A DNA stretch of 63,487 nt, the filler included, from Craspedostauros australis (taxonomy: Eukaryota), in assembly GCA_030167865.1 (NCBI GenBank). It is 10 parts of 10 records of this genome, joined end to end, with 100 filler letters (N's around TTAATTAATTAA, not from the genome) between each part and the next. Parts side by side here need not be neighbours in the genome. Positions count along the whole stretch, not along the records: positions 1 to 6,845 come from JALAGF010005041.1; positions 6,946 to 29,450 come from JALAGF010005042.1; 8 more parts are not named here. One strand, written 5' to 3'. The translations under genes and the position numbers were made by a program. The notes under the pieces are model-generated. The model worked only from the letters and a program-made list of their open reading frames with translations, ran no database searches and was not told the origin of the DNA. The first letter of the stretch is position 1. Each line of letters begins with the position of its first letter. This document shows positions 1 through 11,047 of this stretch, in pieces.

Positions 1-270
1 CGCTACGACCTGCTGCGATCGAGCGTGGGCGACCATTGAATCCGAGCTGCGCCGCGCACTGCGAATTGCCGCGGCAGGTGGCGGGGTTGCTGGATGTAGC
101 ATTTCTCGCCTGTTCGATCTTGGAATAGGCGAGGATGGCAGCGAGGTTCGGCGTTGCTGCTGCTGTGTGGCTTCCCGATGCTCCTGGGAGGTCGGTGTTC
201 TCCTCTGNNNNNNNNNNNNNNNNNNNNNNNNNNNNNNNNNNNNNNNNNNNNNNNNNNCGGGGATGGCCAT
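1..270 (-). CDS. Possible N-terminus of a low-complexity protein running off the window start
   Basis: ATG at 270 (MAIP...), Q/R/S/P-rich reading after the gap, CA-rich 5'-UTR-like sequence upstream; no recognisable domain. Confidence 0.25.
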   Translation of the reverse strand, partial: MAIPXXXXXXXXXXXXXXXXXQRRTPTSQEHREATQQQQRRTSLPSSPIPRSNRREMLHPATPPPAAAIRSARRSSDSMVAHARSQQVVA

Positions 271-2292
271 TGTGCACGTATGCTGTTCTTGTATGAGTAT
301 TGTTATTGATCTTGATGTTGGTGCGGTTGATGATGTGCTGGTGGTATTGCTGGTTGCGTTGTTCTTTTCTGGCTGGAATCGAAGCTGGAGTTGCCGTTGC
401 AGTCACATGAGCCTAAATCTATGCGTTCAATGCCTGGATTGGCGTCTCTCGCACACACTCAGTCACTCAGTGGACGCAACCGATACTTGCACTGCCGCTG
501 CTGCGTCTCCTTGGTCGCCCTCTCTCATGGATCAATTGCTTGGTCGCTCCCTTCTTCGCCGTCGCCGTCGTCGCCGATAGTGTTTCTCGTTTTCGTCAGT
601 CTTTGTGAATGTGCGATCGTCGGGATTTATTGTTTGACCTCCTGAGAGATCGCTCCAACCTGAGATGTCGATGCTCGTCTGGACGATGTATGGGAGATGT
701 ATGGAAGGATAGTGTAGGATAGATAACCTGTCGATGCTTTCTTTGGTTTGGAATTGTGTGGGATTACACAATCAACGGTTGCAAGGATGTGAATGGAGCG
801 ATGCGTTCGGAAATCCATGCTCTCGAGAGAGTTGAGTTGTAATACACTCTTGTGTTCATTGCTTCGAATGCGCTCGGTGTTCAAGCCACGGGAGTGTTGC
901 TCTGTATGCGTTGGTTGCAATTGATGGAGATGCATCATGTACTTCTCCACGTTGCTCAGAGCACGCCAGTCAATTGCGAAATGCGAGAAGAATCGATTTG
1001 GTGGCCACTTTGTGGGCGATTTTGGCTGTCGTTTGCTTGGATATATGACTAAGCCTGAGGCCATTGCGAGGCTATTGCAGTGTTGTCGTAACGCTATTTC
1101 AATGCCATAGTTGTGCTTTGCCTCCTAAATCTCACTCATACACATGTGAGAGTTGTGTCGGTGCATTGTATCACGAAGGGCACAAAAGAGGCCCGAATCA
1201 CGCGATAACTTGGCTCTTGCGACGCTGCTTGCGGACAACAACCAGTGTTTGATTGTGATAGAGGCGAATCGAGGGAGGATCAATCGGGAGGTAATTATCT
1301 ACCTCATTGAATGGTATACACCCGTGTTGTACCGACTAACCCGGAAACGGAACACACAAGACACGGACAGGATGACACCAATGCGACGGATGAGTCCCGA
1401 GCGGGTACAGATACCGGCTTACTCAGAACAGGAGCAAAAGAAAAAAGAAAGAAAAAGAAAAAACCTGTGACACACAGGCAATCAACGGAAACACCAGTGG
1501 ATTGCTCACAAATGAGATCTCGTGCGGCAGCAACAGCGCAAGTTGGTGCAGGAGATACTCTACACTACGTTTTCCTTTCCCTCCCACCACCCAGGAAAAT
1601 AGGATACACTCCTACCTGCGACTGGCCAGCATGCGACGCCAACATGGAATCAGAGATCGAGTGCTTTACGCACTTTGGGATGTGGCAGTGAGCCTAGCTC
1701 ACTAGCACTAGCCTCGGGCATCCCATTCCTGTACAGGAATGTCTCCGAGGAAATCACGGTCGAACGTGACTGACTGGATGAGCCGATTCGTACAAGTCGA
1801 CTCAGGTGGCATGGCCATACAACCCCCCTTCGTAACGGTAGTACCACACATGTCTACCCCACATCCCAATGCGTGCACAAGTGGTCAGGTACCTGTTGCG
1901 AGTAACGCCATTGGCAGTTGTGAACATGGGTTGCTTGGTTTCACCATCAACATAGGGTTACATTCAGTGTCAGTATCTGCGATGTGGTTCCTTCGCCATC
2001 TCGCCATCCTCAAACCGCACTCTGCTTTTCCTTTTGATCTCCACCATGAAAGATACTGTCAATGGATGGGACCTATCGTAAGAACATGCTAGATATGTTC
2101 CTACCACATCAACATTCGTACGCTGCAGCAGTGCACATGAGAGTCCTAATCAAGTCATGTTACGAACACAGTCGTCTGGTAGTGTAGTTGCTCAATGGAC
2201 AACTGTAGAACTATTGAGGCTACTCTTCAAAAATGTGCTGCGCCTCTCTCTCCGTTGCACTCCCTATTTCATTCCCTGCTCCATCTCCCCCT

Positions 2293-3126
2293 CTACGCAC
2301 ACTCCAGAAAGATATCCTTACGCGTCATGGCATCGACAACGGCCGGATGGCTCTGCCGCCGCTGCCGCCTGCTCTTCTGACTGCGCTTCTGCTGCCGCTG
2401 CATCACCTTCATCTGCGTCTTCATGCGCTGCTGCAGAATGAGCTGCGACACNGCGATGGCACTCTGAATCTCCTGCACGGTGATGCCGTTCTGGCGCAAC
2501 CGCACATGCCGTTGCTGCGGCGTCAATGGTTGCAACGCGTTGCGTCTATTGTTGAGCAGCGACGTCGTCATGGAACACAGCACCGAGGATCGGCGGCGCG
2601 GCGGCGATCGCGAGGAGTCGTTGAGAACAGCAGTGTACTCTCGGCTCGGTTCCCACTGCATCGTCAGCGGCGGTCCAATCGCCACGGGTCCGACGCCCAA
2701 CGTGGTCGGCATCTCGCGGATCTCGACCATCGGTGCGAAGCGCACTTGCTTGGGGTCCTCGNNNNNNNNNNNNNNNNNNNNNNNNNNNNNNNNNNNNNNN
2801 NNNNNNNNNNNTGCGAAGCGCACTTGCTTGGGGTCCTCGAATGGACAGTAGTAGTCAGCGTCGCTGGACTCCGAGGACAGGGAGCACCGCATCGTCGGCA
2901 ACGTCTCGATGGACGACAGCGATGCGGAGTGCTTGCAATTGTAAGCACCGTCCATCTCGAAGACGAAGCCGCGCTGGTGCCTGCGATCGCTCTTGTGCAG
3001 CGATGTGCGCGGCGCAGCATCATGAGTGCTGTTGTTGCAGCTGTTGTCCATTCCAGTCATTTGCGGTGGTGCAGCGGGAGTGTCCAACATTGTCAACGCT
3101 GAGAGGGGTTCTATCATTGTCGTCAT
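2293..3126 (-). CDS. Diatom-type hypothetical protein with VRF..VEIRE....LG..P....GPPLT..WEP motif
   Basis: Motif KQVRFAPMVEIREMPTTLGVGPVAIGPPLTMQWEP followed by L..TP..R...L...G.T..EI, a pattern I recognise from diatom proteomes; probable ATG at 3126; gap at 2762-2811 is flanked by a duplicated 28-mer (assembly overlap). Confidence 0.7.
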   Translation of the reverse strand: MTTMIEPLSALTMLDTPAAPPQMTGMDNSCNNSTHDAAPRTSLHKSDRRHQRGFVFEMDGAYNCKHSASLSSIETLPTMRCSLSSESSDADYYCPFEDPKQVRFAXXXXXXXXXXXXXXXXXEDPKQVRFAPMVEIREMPTTLGVGPVAIGPPLTMQWEPSREYTAVLNDSSRSPPRRRSSVLCSMTTSLLNNRRNALQPLTPQQRHVRLRQNGITVQEIQSAIXVSQLILQQRMKTQMKVMQRQQKRSQKSRRQRRQSHPAVVDAMTRKDIFLECA

Positions 3127-3344
3127 GCCTGTCCTGTTGTGCTCAGTCGCAGTAGTATGCCTGAGTATGTTTGTGTGTGTGATGCTATGTAGTGCTATTA
3201 TGTGCAGTGCCATATAGAATAGTGCTCTATGCAAAGCTGTGCAATGCGATGTAGTGCAATGTAATGTAAGGTATTGTTGTGATGAATGGAAGCTCCAAAT
3301 GGCATACGAGTTGCAGATCGTAGTTGATGCACCAACGATAACGC

Positions 3345-5370
3345 TAGTTGTGGAGTTTTGTTGAGTTTTGTGGGTGACGAGTCGTGTTAAAGTAGACTAA
3401 AATAGAGCACACCCAAAACCATCCAAACAACTGCTTATGATGCTATATCTCAACACCACGCCATTGAAAATTAAAACTAGACAGTGCATTCGGACGTTTG
3501 GCTATCGTTTATTCTGAATATCGAAGTTAAAATTGTATGAACTTTATTTTTAATGTCGTTTTGGCTTGCTGTCTGTCAGGTGGTGAATGCCACAAAATTC
3601 TGAATGCCACCATGCTGCCCTACCTTCAGCACCCATGATCATCATCATCCAGGCATTCTCGAAATCTGCGCACCACATTAGCTCCATATACCCCCCATAT
3701 ATCCACTCCATGAAGCTCTCCGTGTTGGATGTGCATTGCACACCCCAAAGCCTCCCTGCACTGAAACGCAGAAATTTTGAACACCCGATTTNGACGCNGA
3801 TGCCATTCATATTTGGATCCGTATCTTGTTGATACGATCCTTGCAGCTCCTCNACATGCCCCTCATGCGTTCCCACATTCTCTGGCGACACACTGATGTG
3901 TTCAGAATGGGTTGGGAGTTCATACCTCCAAAGTTACATCTCCATGTGATGATGCCACCATGGAGTTGTTTTGACACACCCCAAACAAACCATTTTGTGT
4001 GCATCCCACCTTGCAGCCTCTTCCAGACAATCCAACTCGGAATATCTTCCATATCCTTGTTCCTCATTTGATTACAAACACATCTTGTATGGGTGGCTTG
4101 GCGATCTGGGTGACTTGTGAATGGCACCCATCACCAGCGAAGCCACGTGATGTGTCTGCTGCCACCCACCAAAACACTCTTGCCCTCCACTTGTTTCTTG
4201 CGGAGGGAACCTTCCAGGCCACCCCCGACCCTCGAACTTCGTGGGCACCTTCATACCATCCTCTTGGATGCGTCTTGCCCATCACTAGTTGTTGGAATCG
4301 CCTGTGCATTCCAGGCAGAGACCATATCCAACCAGCGGATTCTCCTCCAAATCGTGTCGGTTGCGCGTGTTAGAACAGAATACAATACAGGGTACTTACT
4401 TCAAATAGAGACTGATCAGATCCGACAATGAAGTATGTAGATGGTTGGTATTGTGTGTGTGTGCTCAAGTAGGTGATTAAGTTAATGAAAGCTGGCCCAA
4501 TTCTGATCTGTTGACGTCAGAATTGTGAGCATGAAGAGTGCAGTGCAAGATGATGATGATGATGCAATGAGATTGCACAAGTTGCACACAGCAATACTGC
4601 TGTAAAATGATGTCTTGCACTGTTGTATTCACATGTGGGAGGAAATGCATGTTTGCAAGCACAGAGGTGAAGACAAGATCAGATGGCACGTTCAGGTCCA
4701 CGATGACCAGTACTGCCATAATTCTGAAGCTGTGCAATTGAGGACCTCTTATTCAGATCTATTGGATGAACCAATATATCTGAATTGCAAGGTGTCAACA
4801 AGATGGTGTGGAATTGAGGAATCAATATATCTGAATTGCAAGTCAGTCTGTGAGACGAGAAAGCGATCCCGCATGGGAGTTGCGGTAATTGCGGATATTA
4901 AGACATTACGATTCATCACACACGAAGAGTCTCGTGACTGCATCAGTATTCGTCCTGTGGTACACGAATACCACACGACTCATTCGAATACTACCAAGAC
5001 GAGTGTAGTTGGAGCGTTCGATGTGTTATTAGCGCGTGGGCCTGCCACGGTCCCAAATCAAACCACTCCGACAGACCCCTCTTGCTCATCCACCAATTTT
5101 TCTATGGCGGTTCCGCCAATACGCTCAGATCTTGCACTGGATCGCTGGTTATCGCAGTGCCGATGATGCCGTTCGACGGCGCTTGTGGAGTTTTGTTGTG
5201 TTTCTCCATTGTCGTGTTGTTGTGTTGTTGTGTTGTGTTTGGTGTTCTCAACCAGTTTTTGCTGTTGGGGGCCATGGAGATTAACCACAATTCTACCGAA
5301 TGCGCCGACCAATGAGAACATTTTGCGAGTCCCGAATTGCGACTCCATTCCACAACACCAAAACTATCCT
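3345..5370 (+). repeat. ~1.3-kb non-coding TE-associated module (interrupted by the solo LTR at 4368-5031), homologous to ~38270-39615 in reverse orientation
   Basis: Colinear matching blocks, e.g. ACCCAAAA(A)CCATCCAAACA.CTGCTTAT.ATGCTATATCTCAACA, TCAGCACCCATGATCATCATCATCC, CTGGCGACA..C.GATGT.TTCAGAATGGG, GGCCTGCC.CGG.CCCAAATCAA. Confidence 0.85.
4368..5031. mobile_element. Solo LTR, family A (664 bp), ends TGTTAG...TTATTA, 5-bp TSD GCGCG
   Basis: GCGCG at 4363-4367 and 5032-5036; near-identical inverted copy at 50084-50761; host sequence resumes after the insertion. Confidence 0.85.
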
Positions 5371-5714
5371 CACAAAGTGGACAACGGAAACACTGCGCAT
5401 CTCTGACGAGCTGCTCCTGTCTCTGTGATGCTTGTAGTTGTAGCTCGTACAACAATGTAGAATGACTGGGGCCCTCCCACATGGGAGAGAGCGGATGATA
5501 CAATGCACCCTGTGACCATCCTCCAATGTTGCCCATGACCCCTGTGATGCGCTGTGCTGTGCTGTGCTGTGCTTCGACGGCTGATGATGCAGTGCGCTGT
5601 GTTGCTGTCCTCGTGTTTCTGGTGTGTGTTGCGACGCGCCTTTCAACTCAACTGCAGTCTCCATCAACACAGTACACATCATCCTGCAATCACTGTGATC
5701 TTCAGCTCGCAAGC

Positions 5715-6765
5715 ATGATGCTCGCTGGTGACTATGTGAAGGTGACATCCCACACGGACTCACATGGCAGGGTTCATGACCTTGGTGTGTGTCATGTCCA
5801 CTCGCTGATGAAGCTGAATGTTGAGGGCGCTACAATCAAACGCGATGGACCTCTTGCACCAGGAGAGGTGGCAATGGTCATGGTGACCCCAGTGATATCC
5901 AGAGGGCACATGTACATCGTTCGTGAGGATCTGTGCAAACCACACAGCCTCGCTATCTTCGCACGGACTCGCACTGCTGGTGGCCTTGCTAAGCCTTCCC
6001 TCCTTTCTCCCCAGCATCACTCCGTCGCTGCTGTGCATGTCAACAACAAGGCTAAGCCCGCCACACCATCCCCAACTACCATGGAATCGCAAGAAGCCAA
6101 AATCACAGATTTTCTCGAGGTCTCGCGGCGTCAGAAGGCAACAGCAATCGCCCATCTCACGAAGCAGATGAAGAAAGGTGCGACAACGAAAGGATGGTTG
6201 CGAAAGGATGGATGACGTAGTATTGCTAAGCTTGGTGATGCAGGCAAACGCCTTGACAAAGAAGACAATCGGAACTACACTGTTCTCTACTTCAATTTGG
6301 GCGGGATTCCAGCACACACAGAGTTGATCGCTCATGCATGGGGTATCAACCACACCATAGTGGGGCGCAACATTGTGAAATTCCAAACAGAGACGCTCGA
6401 ATGCAAGAAGCGAAGCGACACAGGCAGCAGCATCTTCACCTGCCCCATCAAGCAACGACAGTACTTCACGCAGCGTGCAGCCTTTGCGAAACAACTACGT
6501 CTTAAACATCCAGAGCAACAGTTCAAGAATGACGAAATCGCTTCTGCCTATGCCTCTCCTTCGCCTCAAGAGCTGGCATCCACAAAATCCCTGTCTGAGT
6601 TGTGGTTGGAGCGTGGTCCCTTCCTGCAATTTGAGCTCCAGGATGTGTTGCGACAGTGCAATGGCGCAATCTCGTGGGATAGAATTGCTTGGAAACTGGC
6701 AGGCAGCGGAAACCCGCAAGTCATTGGTCCGAAGTGTATTCGCAGCTTTGTCATGGGATTGGAAG
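5715..6765 (+). pseudogene. N-terminal part of a mariner/Tc1-like transposase, one in-frame TGA (6213-6215), truncated by an LTR at 6766
   Basis: ORFs 5526-6215 and 6297- share a frame; KKRSDTGSSIF and ELQDVLRQCNGAISWDRIA motifs resemble the pre-catalytic region of diatom mariner-like transposases as I recall them; catalytic domain absent. Confidence 0.5.
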
Positions 6766-6845
6766 TGTCGAGATGTACATGTGAGTATATGTCAAGATGT
6801 ACGTGTATATGTGCATCGTTCACCCGTTATTCTCTCATACGCACT
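6766..6845. mobile_element. LTR family B, partial terminus (TGTCGAGATGTACATGTGAG...) at scaffold end
   Basis: Matches 46501-46582 and the reverse complement of the ends at 58181 and 51334. Confidence 0.85.
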
Positions 6846-6945
6846 NNNNNNNNNNNNNNNNNNNNNNNNNNNNNNNNNNNNNNNNNNNNTTAATTAATTA
6901 ANNNNNNNNNNNNNNNNNNNNNNNNNNNNNNNNNNNNNNNNNNNN
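6846..6945. other. Artificial scaffold linker N44-TTAATTAATTAA-N44 (stops in all six frames); same linker at 29451, 31543, 35393, 46583, 48952, 55753, 60739, 62049
   Basis: Identical 12-mer TTAATTAATTAA centred in exactly 100-bp N blocks, nine times. Confidence 0.97.
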
Positions 6946-7867
6946 CGAAGAAGTCGTACCCACTGGAGCCGTCCACGTGAGTGCGCGCGTCGGCAGCAGC
7001 ACCACGTTGGTTGGCACCGGTAGGAGCCCTGCGATTGCCATGGCGAGGCGTGCGGAAGTCGGGCGTGGGAATGCCACGCTCGAACATGTCCACGAGCTCA
7101 GGGTCGTCGACCACGGACCGGTCGAATGCAACACCACCGTCATCGCGCTCGCGAGCGACGGCGTCGTTCGCAGGGGCGTCGGCATGTGTCTCAGTCCTGG
7201 ACCGATCACCGCGGGTGTCGAGTCTTGGAGTAGTGTCCCGTCTTGGTGTGAGCACCACTGCAGGGTGTGTTGCGACAGGCTGACCGGCCGCAGGGCGAGC
7301 CGAAGGCGCCCCCAACGATGGAATGGTCACGGACGTATCGGAGGCGATGGGATCACCACCCCGATAGAGAGCTGCGGAGAAGTTCGACCACTGGAAGCCA
7401 TCTGGCAACGTGGATTGCTGGTACCACTCGCGCAGTGTCTTGAGCTCGTTGAGGTCAGGCTTGCTGATGGACCCGTACAGATTGACCTGCGCGGCAGCGC
7501 GCTGGTCACTGGAGATGCGAAGAAGATTGTGGAACCGCCCCCACACTGAAGGTTCGTCGAGGCAGTTGGTGAAGTACTTGGCCACCGTGGCGGCACCGGC
7601 TGGAGAAAGGTAAGCCACGCGAAGAATGGGTTGCACGAGTGTGCCAGGATCGAAGCTTGCTGGCAGCGCACCGTCGTCGAGCGTCGCATTGTTGTCATTG
7701 GTATTGCCAGTGACACCTCCGCCGCGAGCGTTGGTACTGCCCCCTTCGCCACGAGAGTTGCCCACGCCGTCGCCAGGCACAGCGTTGTCAGCACCAGTGC
7801 CAAGCGCGTCATCGCCAGTAAGGCTGGATTGGTGGGTGGTGGTGGAGTCAGTTGTGTTGGTCGTCAT
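6946..7867 (-). CDS. Truncated ORF, possibly the Gag N-terminus of an LTR retrotransposon
   Basis: >300 aa open to the scaffold edge; low-complexity N-terminus then LNELKTLREWY...W.NFS helix pattern; candidate LTR just upstream (8043-8150). Confidence 0.4.
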
Positions 7868-8042
7868 GGTGATGGACACGAATGATGTTGCGAAACGGAA
7901 AGCGAGAAAAAGTTTTTGTGTGTGAAAAGCAAACTACGCGTGAAACCACGAGGAGAGAGGTCAGCAATGACGCAAACTTCGTGTGTGACCGCGGCAGGGA
8001 TGCGNNNNNNNNNNNNNNNNNNNNNNNNNNNNNNNNNNNNNN

Positions 8043-8150
8043 TGTGAGAGTCTGTGTCAGATGGAGAAACAGAGAATTTATGAGGTTGTTCTGCTGTTGT
8101 GGAGAAGGCAGACACAGCTGTGCCAGACTGACGTCGGCCAGACTATGACA
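8043..8150. mobile_element. Candidate short or partial 5' LTR (TGT...ACA)
   Basis: TGTGAGAG...TATGACA termini next to a gap and upstream of the gag-like ORF; no second copy in the window. Confidence 0.3.
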
Positions 8151-8217
8151 CTGCTGTCGCTGGCGCTGTTGCGGTCATTGATCACAAAAAGAAGGCAATC
8201 AGACATCCCACTCAACC

Positions 8218-9576
8218 ATGAATGCCAAAGCCGATCATGATTTTCCCTATGCCACAGACATTGACGACAATGACGATGTCAAGGCCCCGCAAGGTCCAGA
8301 TTGCGGTGTGCTGATCCTTGACAAGCTCCAGGATCTCCTGCGATTCTGCGGTGTGGCGCAGCTCCATCGCAATGGTGACGTATCGTCATCGTGGCAGGAG
8401 CGCCCTGCGTGGGCTGCACAATCGAGAGATGTCTCTCTGCGCGGCGATGAAGCGCTCTCTGTTGAGTCCATAGATGACGACACAGACAACGATGCGACCA
8501 ACAATGAGCAGTCGGCAATGCATCAACGAGTTGACGACCAACCACCGACGCAACAATGCATCGTGAACAACATGCCTTCGACACTCCTGATCCACATCGC
8601 ATCGTACATCAACGACCGCACGACGTTCAATGCGCTGGCCCAAACCTGCCGCGAGGTGCATACGCTGTGCCGGCAACTGCTGCTGCCACCGTGGCCCTCC
8701 AACGTGTCCTTGTACGCCGGCCCCTGCTCGTCGCACTGGTCCCTCGCCTTCTCACCCGATGCCACCATACTCGCATGCGGCGGCGGCGACGGCAAGATCC
8801 GACTGTGGCACGTGCGCGATGGACCGCAGACACCGCTGACGGGACATCTGGGACGCGTCTACGCGTTGACGTTCTCGCAGAACGTGCTGGCGTCCGGCAG
8901 CGGCGACGGCGACATCCGTATCTGGGATCTGTCGCAGAAGGACACAACGATGATGCAGCTCGATTTGGAATCCCCGCACGTCGACAGTCTCGCCTTTTCG
9001 CGCGACGGCACGCAGCTGGCTTCGGGTGGCGATGGATGCGTGCGATTATGGGACACGACGAGCTGGCAATGCACGCATTCCTTGCGCGAAGATCATGCCA
9101 TCGTCGAAGCCTTGGCCTATTGTCGCAATCATCTCGCCAGCGGCTCGTGGGCGCATCAGATCAGTCTATGGAACGTCGCAACGCAAGAACGTATACGCAC
9201 GTACCGCGATACGTCGGAAATTCGGTGTTTGACGTGTCTGCACGATGGCAGGATCGTGTCGGGTGCGGATTCCGGCGCTATTCGCGTCTGGGATGCTGCC
9301 GGTAACGTTCGCAATTGGATGTCGCCCAATCAATACGGATGTTGGGATGTTCACTGTAGTTCTGATCATGTCGTCAGCGCACATGAAGATGGCATGGTGC
9401 GCGTGTGGGACGCGCGGGATCGTGGCAGCGGGAGGGTGGTGCAGACATGGAAGGTGTTTCACGATAGCGTGCATGCGGTGTCCATTTGCAATGGCGCGTC
9501 AACGAGCAAGACGAAGCTCGTGGCCTTTGCTGGCAATCATCGGTATGTGATACTGAGGTCGTTGGAGGCAGAATGA
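8218..9576 (+). CDS. F-box-like + WD40 repeat protein
   Basis: MPSTLLIHIASYI..RTTFNALAQTCR F-box-like motif; several WD40 repeats (LAFSPD...GGGDGKIRLWH, GHLGRVYALTF...SGSGDGDIRIWD, SGADSGAIRVWD, SAHEDGMVRVWD). Confidence 0.9.
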   Translation: MNAKADHDFPYATDIDDNDDVKAPQGPDCGVLILDKLQDLLRFCGVAQLHRNGDVSSSWQERPAWAAQSRDVSLRGDEALSVESIDDDTDNDATNNEQSAMHQRVDDQPPTQQCIVNNMPSTLLIHIASYINDRTTFNALAQTCREVHTLCRQLLLPPWPSNVSLYAGPCSSHWSLAFSPDATILACGGGDGKIRLWHVRDGPQTPLTGHLGRVYALTFSQNVLASGSGDGDIRIWDLSQKDTTMMQLDLESPHVDSLAFSRDGTQLASGGDGCVRLWDTTSWQCTHSLREDHAIVEALAYCRNHLASGSWAHQISLWNVATQERIRTYRDTSEIRCLTCLHDGRIVSGADSGAIRVWDAAGNVRNWMSPNQYGCWDVHCSSDHVVSAHEDGMVRVWDARDRGSGRVVQTWKVFHDSVHAVSICNGASTSKTKLVAFAGNHRYVILRSLEAE

Positions 9577-9760
9577 GGTGCGGAATCACGTGGACCAGAG
9601 GATTGGTAGAGTAAAGCAAGGCAAAGTGGAGTACGTGTACTAGTTGGATGTCGATAGAGTATGAGTAATGGTTCTATTGTTAACGTTTGTGTTCACACGG
9701 CACGGCATGGCATGACAAAGCATGCGTTCGTGAGTGTGCAAAGCATGTTGTGATATGTGA

Positions 9761-11047
9761 TTAATGTGACAAGGCGTATTTGGAATCGTTGGACGACGAT
9801 CTGGAGTCCGTGGAGCACGCCTTGACGTCCGGAACGCTGTCCTCCGCGCCTGGCGATGCAGCATCCCGCAGCTCGCCGATACGCTCCGATATCCGCTGCG
9901 ACAGACCGTGGCTGGGCGGCGGCGTCGGGGCTCGTATCGTTGGTGTGATCTTGCTGTTGTTGTGGCTGTACAGGTGTTGGTATTGCTGCTGCTGCACGAG
10001 CTGCGTCATCTTGTGCGACTCCTGCTCGATGATGGCGCGGATCTCATCTTCGCGGTGGCCCACCTTGAAGCGATTGAACAGCGGCATGGGGGGTTGCGAT
10101 TCGACGACGTGGCTGTACTTGGCATCGAAGTAGAGCGTCGACGTGATGGTGTCCTCGCAGGTGTTGAGGGTGCCGGCTTCGGAGGCATCCTGCGACCGGA
10201 AGACCATCTCATCGGGTTCGTCGCTGCCGCGCACGGGTGTGGCGAAGCAGAGGGCGATGGAAGGGCTGAGGTATCGCGAGAAGGTGTCCTGCGGTCCGCC
10301 ATGGGGACCCGTGGTTCCGACGCCGCACGATTTGGGGTCGAAGGGAAGTTTGACGGGGATGCGGAGATTGGTTGGTTTGTTGCCGCTGCAGGCGTTGTTG
10401 TTGTTGGCGATGTTGGTGGCGGCAGCAATGAAGTCCCGGGTGCGGAAAATGTCGTCCCTGGACTTGCCGGACCGCCTTCGCTTGGTTTTCTGTCGTGAAT
10501 GGTTGGCGGCAATCTTGGCCTTTGCGACCTCGAGCGCCTGATCTATCTCTGGATGGACGTCGTTGGCGTGGTTGTTGCTGTTGTGGCTGTGGTTGCTGCT
10601 TTGGCTGCGGCTTGTGCTGGGACTAGTGCTGGGACTGGTGCTCGCAGTGGGCGTCTGCGTGGGGGTCCGCGTTTCATCGGGCTGCTCCCGGGCGCTGTTG
10701 TTGTTGGTGGTGGTGGTGTTGCCGGTGAAGCGCTTGGCCTCTTCGAAGAGGGCGTCGTACTCCTTGTTGTTGAGCTCCAGACGCCCCGTTCTGCGCTTGC
10801 CGGCGGAGGAAGATTGGTTGTTGGCGTCAGAGACAGGGCGTCTGCCTCCGGTGTTGCTTCTGCTGCGGCGGCGCGTGCGACTTCGACTACGACTTCGCGA
10901 ACGATTGCGACTTCGTGAACGGTTGCGACTTCTGCTGCTCCGCGATGAATGCTTGCGTCCGCGTGAGCTCGATGGCGGCTGGTGGCCGAAGCATCGGCAG
11001 AGGCTGTCGAAGATGGGCTGCAGCTGCTGGATGCTTTCGTGCACCAT
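9761..11047 (-). CDS. Hypothetical protein, RS-rich N-terminus, LCFATPV and DTITSTLYFDAKY...PPMPLF motifs
   Basis: 428-aa ORF with coding-like GC3 bias and ATG start; motifs look like a diatom-conserved uncharacterised family. Confidence 0.75.
   Translation of the reverse strand: MVHESIQQLQPIFDSLCRCFGHQPPSSSRGRKHSSRSSRSRNRSRSRNRSRSRSRSRTRRRSRSNTGGRRPVSDANNQSSSAGKRRTGRLELNNKEYDALFEEAKRFTGNTTTTNNNSAREQPDETRTPTQTPTASTSPSTSPSTSRSQSSNHSHNSNNHANDVHPEIDQALEVAKAKIAANHSRQKTKRRRSGKSRDDIFRTRDFIAAATNIANNNNACSGNKPTNLRIPVKLPFDPKSCGVGTTGPHGGPQDTFSRYLSPSIALCFATPVRGSDEPDEMVFRSQDASEAGTLNTCEDTITSTLYFDAKYSHVVESQPPMPLFNRFKVGHREDEIRAIIEQESHKMTQLVQQQQYQHLYSHNNSKITPTIRAPTPPPSHGLSQRISERIGELRDAASPGAEDSVPDVKACSTDSRSSSNDSKYALSH

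Noticed and set aside
2733..2839. Apparent duplication of EDPKQVRFA in the hypothetical protein
   Set aside because: Identical 28-mers flank a 50-N gap, typical of an unmerged contig overlap
6890..6901. Recurrent TTAATTAATTAA as a biological motif or TTAA target site
   Set aside because: Always centred in exactly 100-bp N blocks; it is an artificial six-frame stop linker
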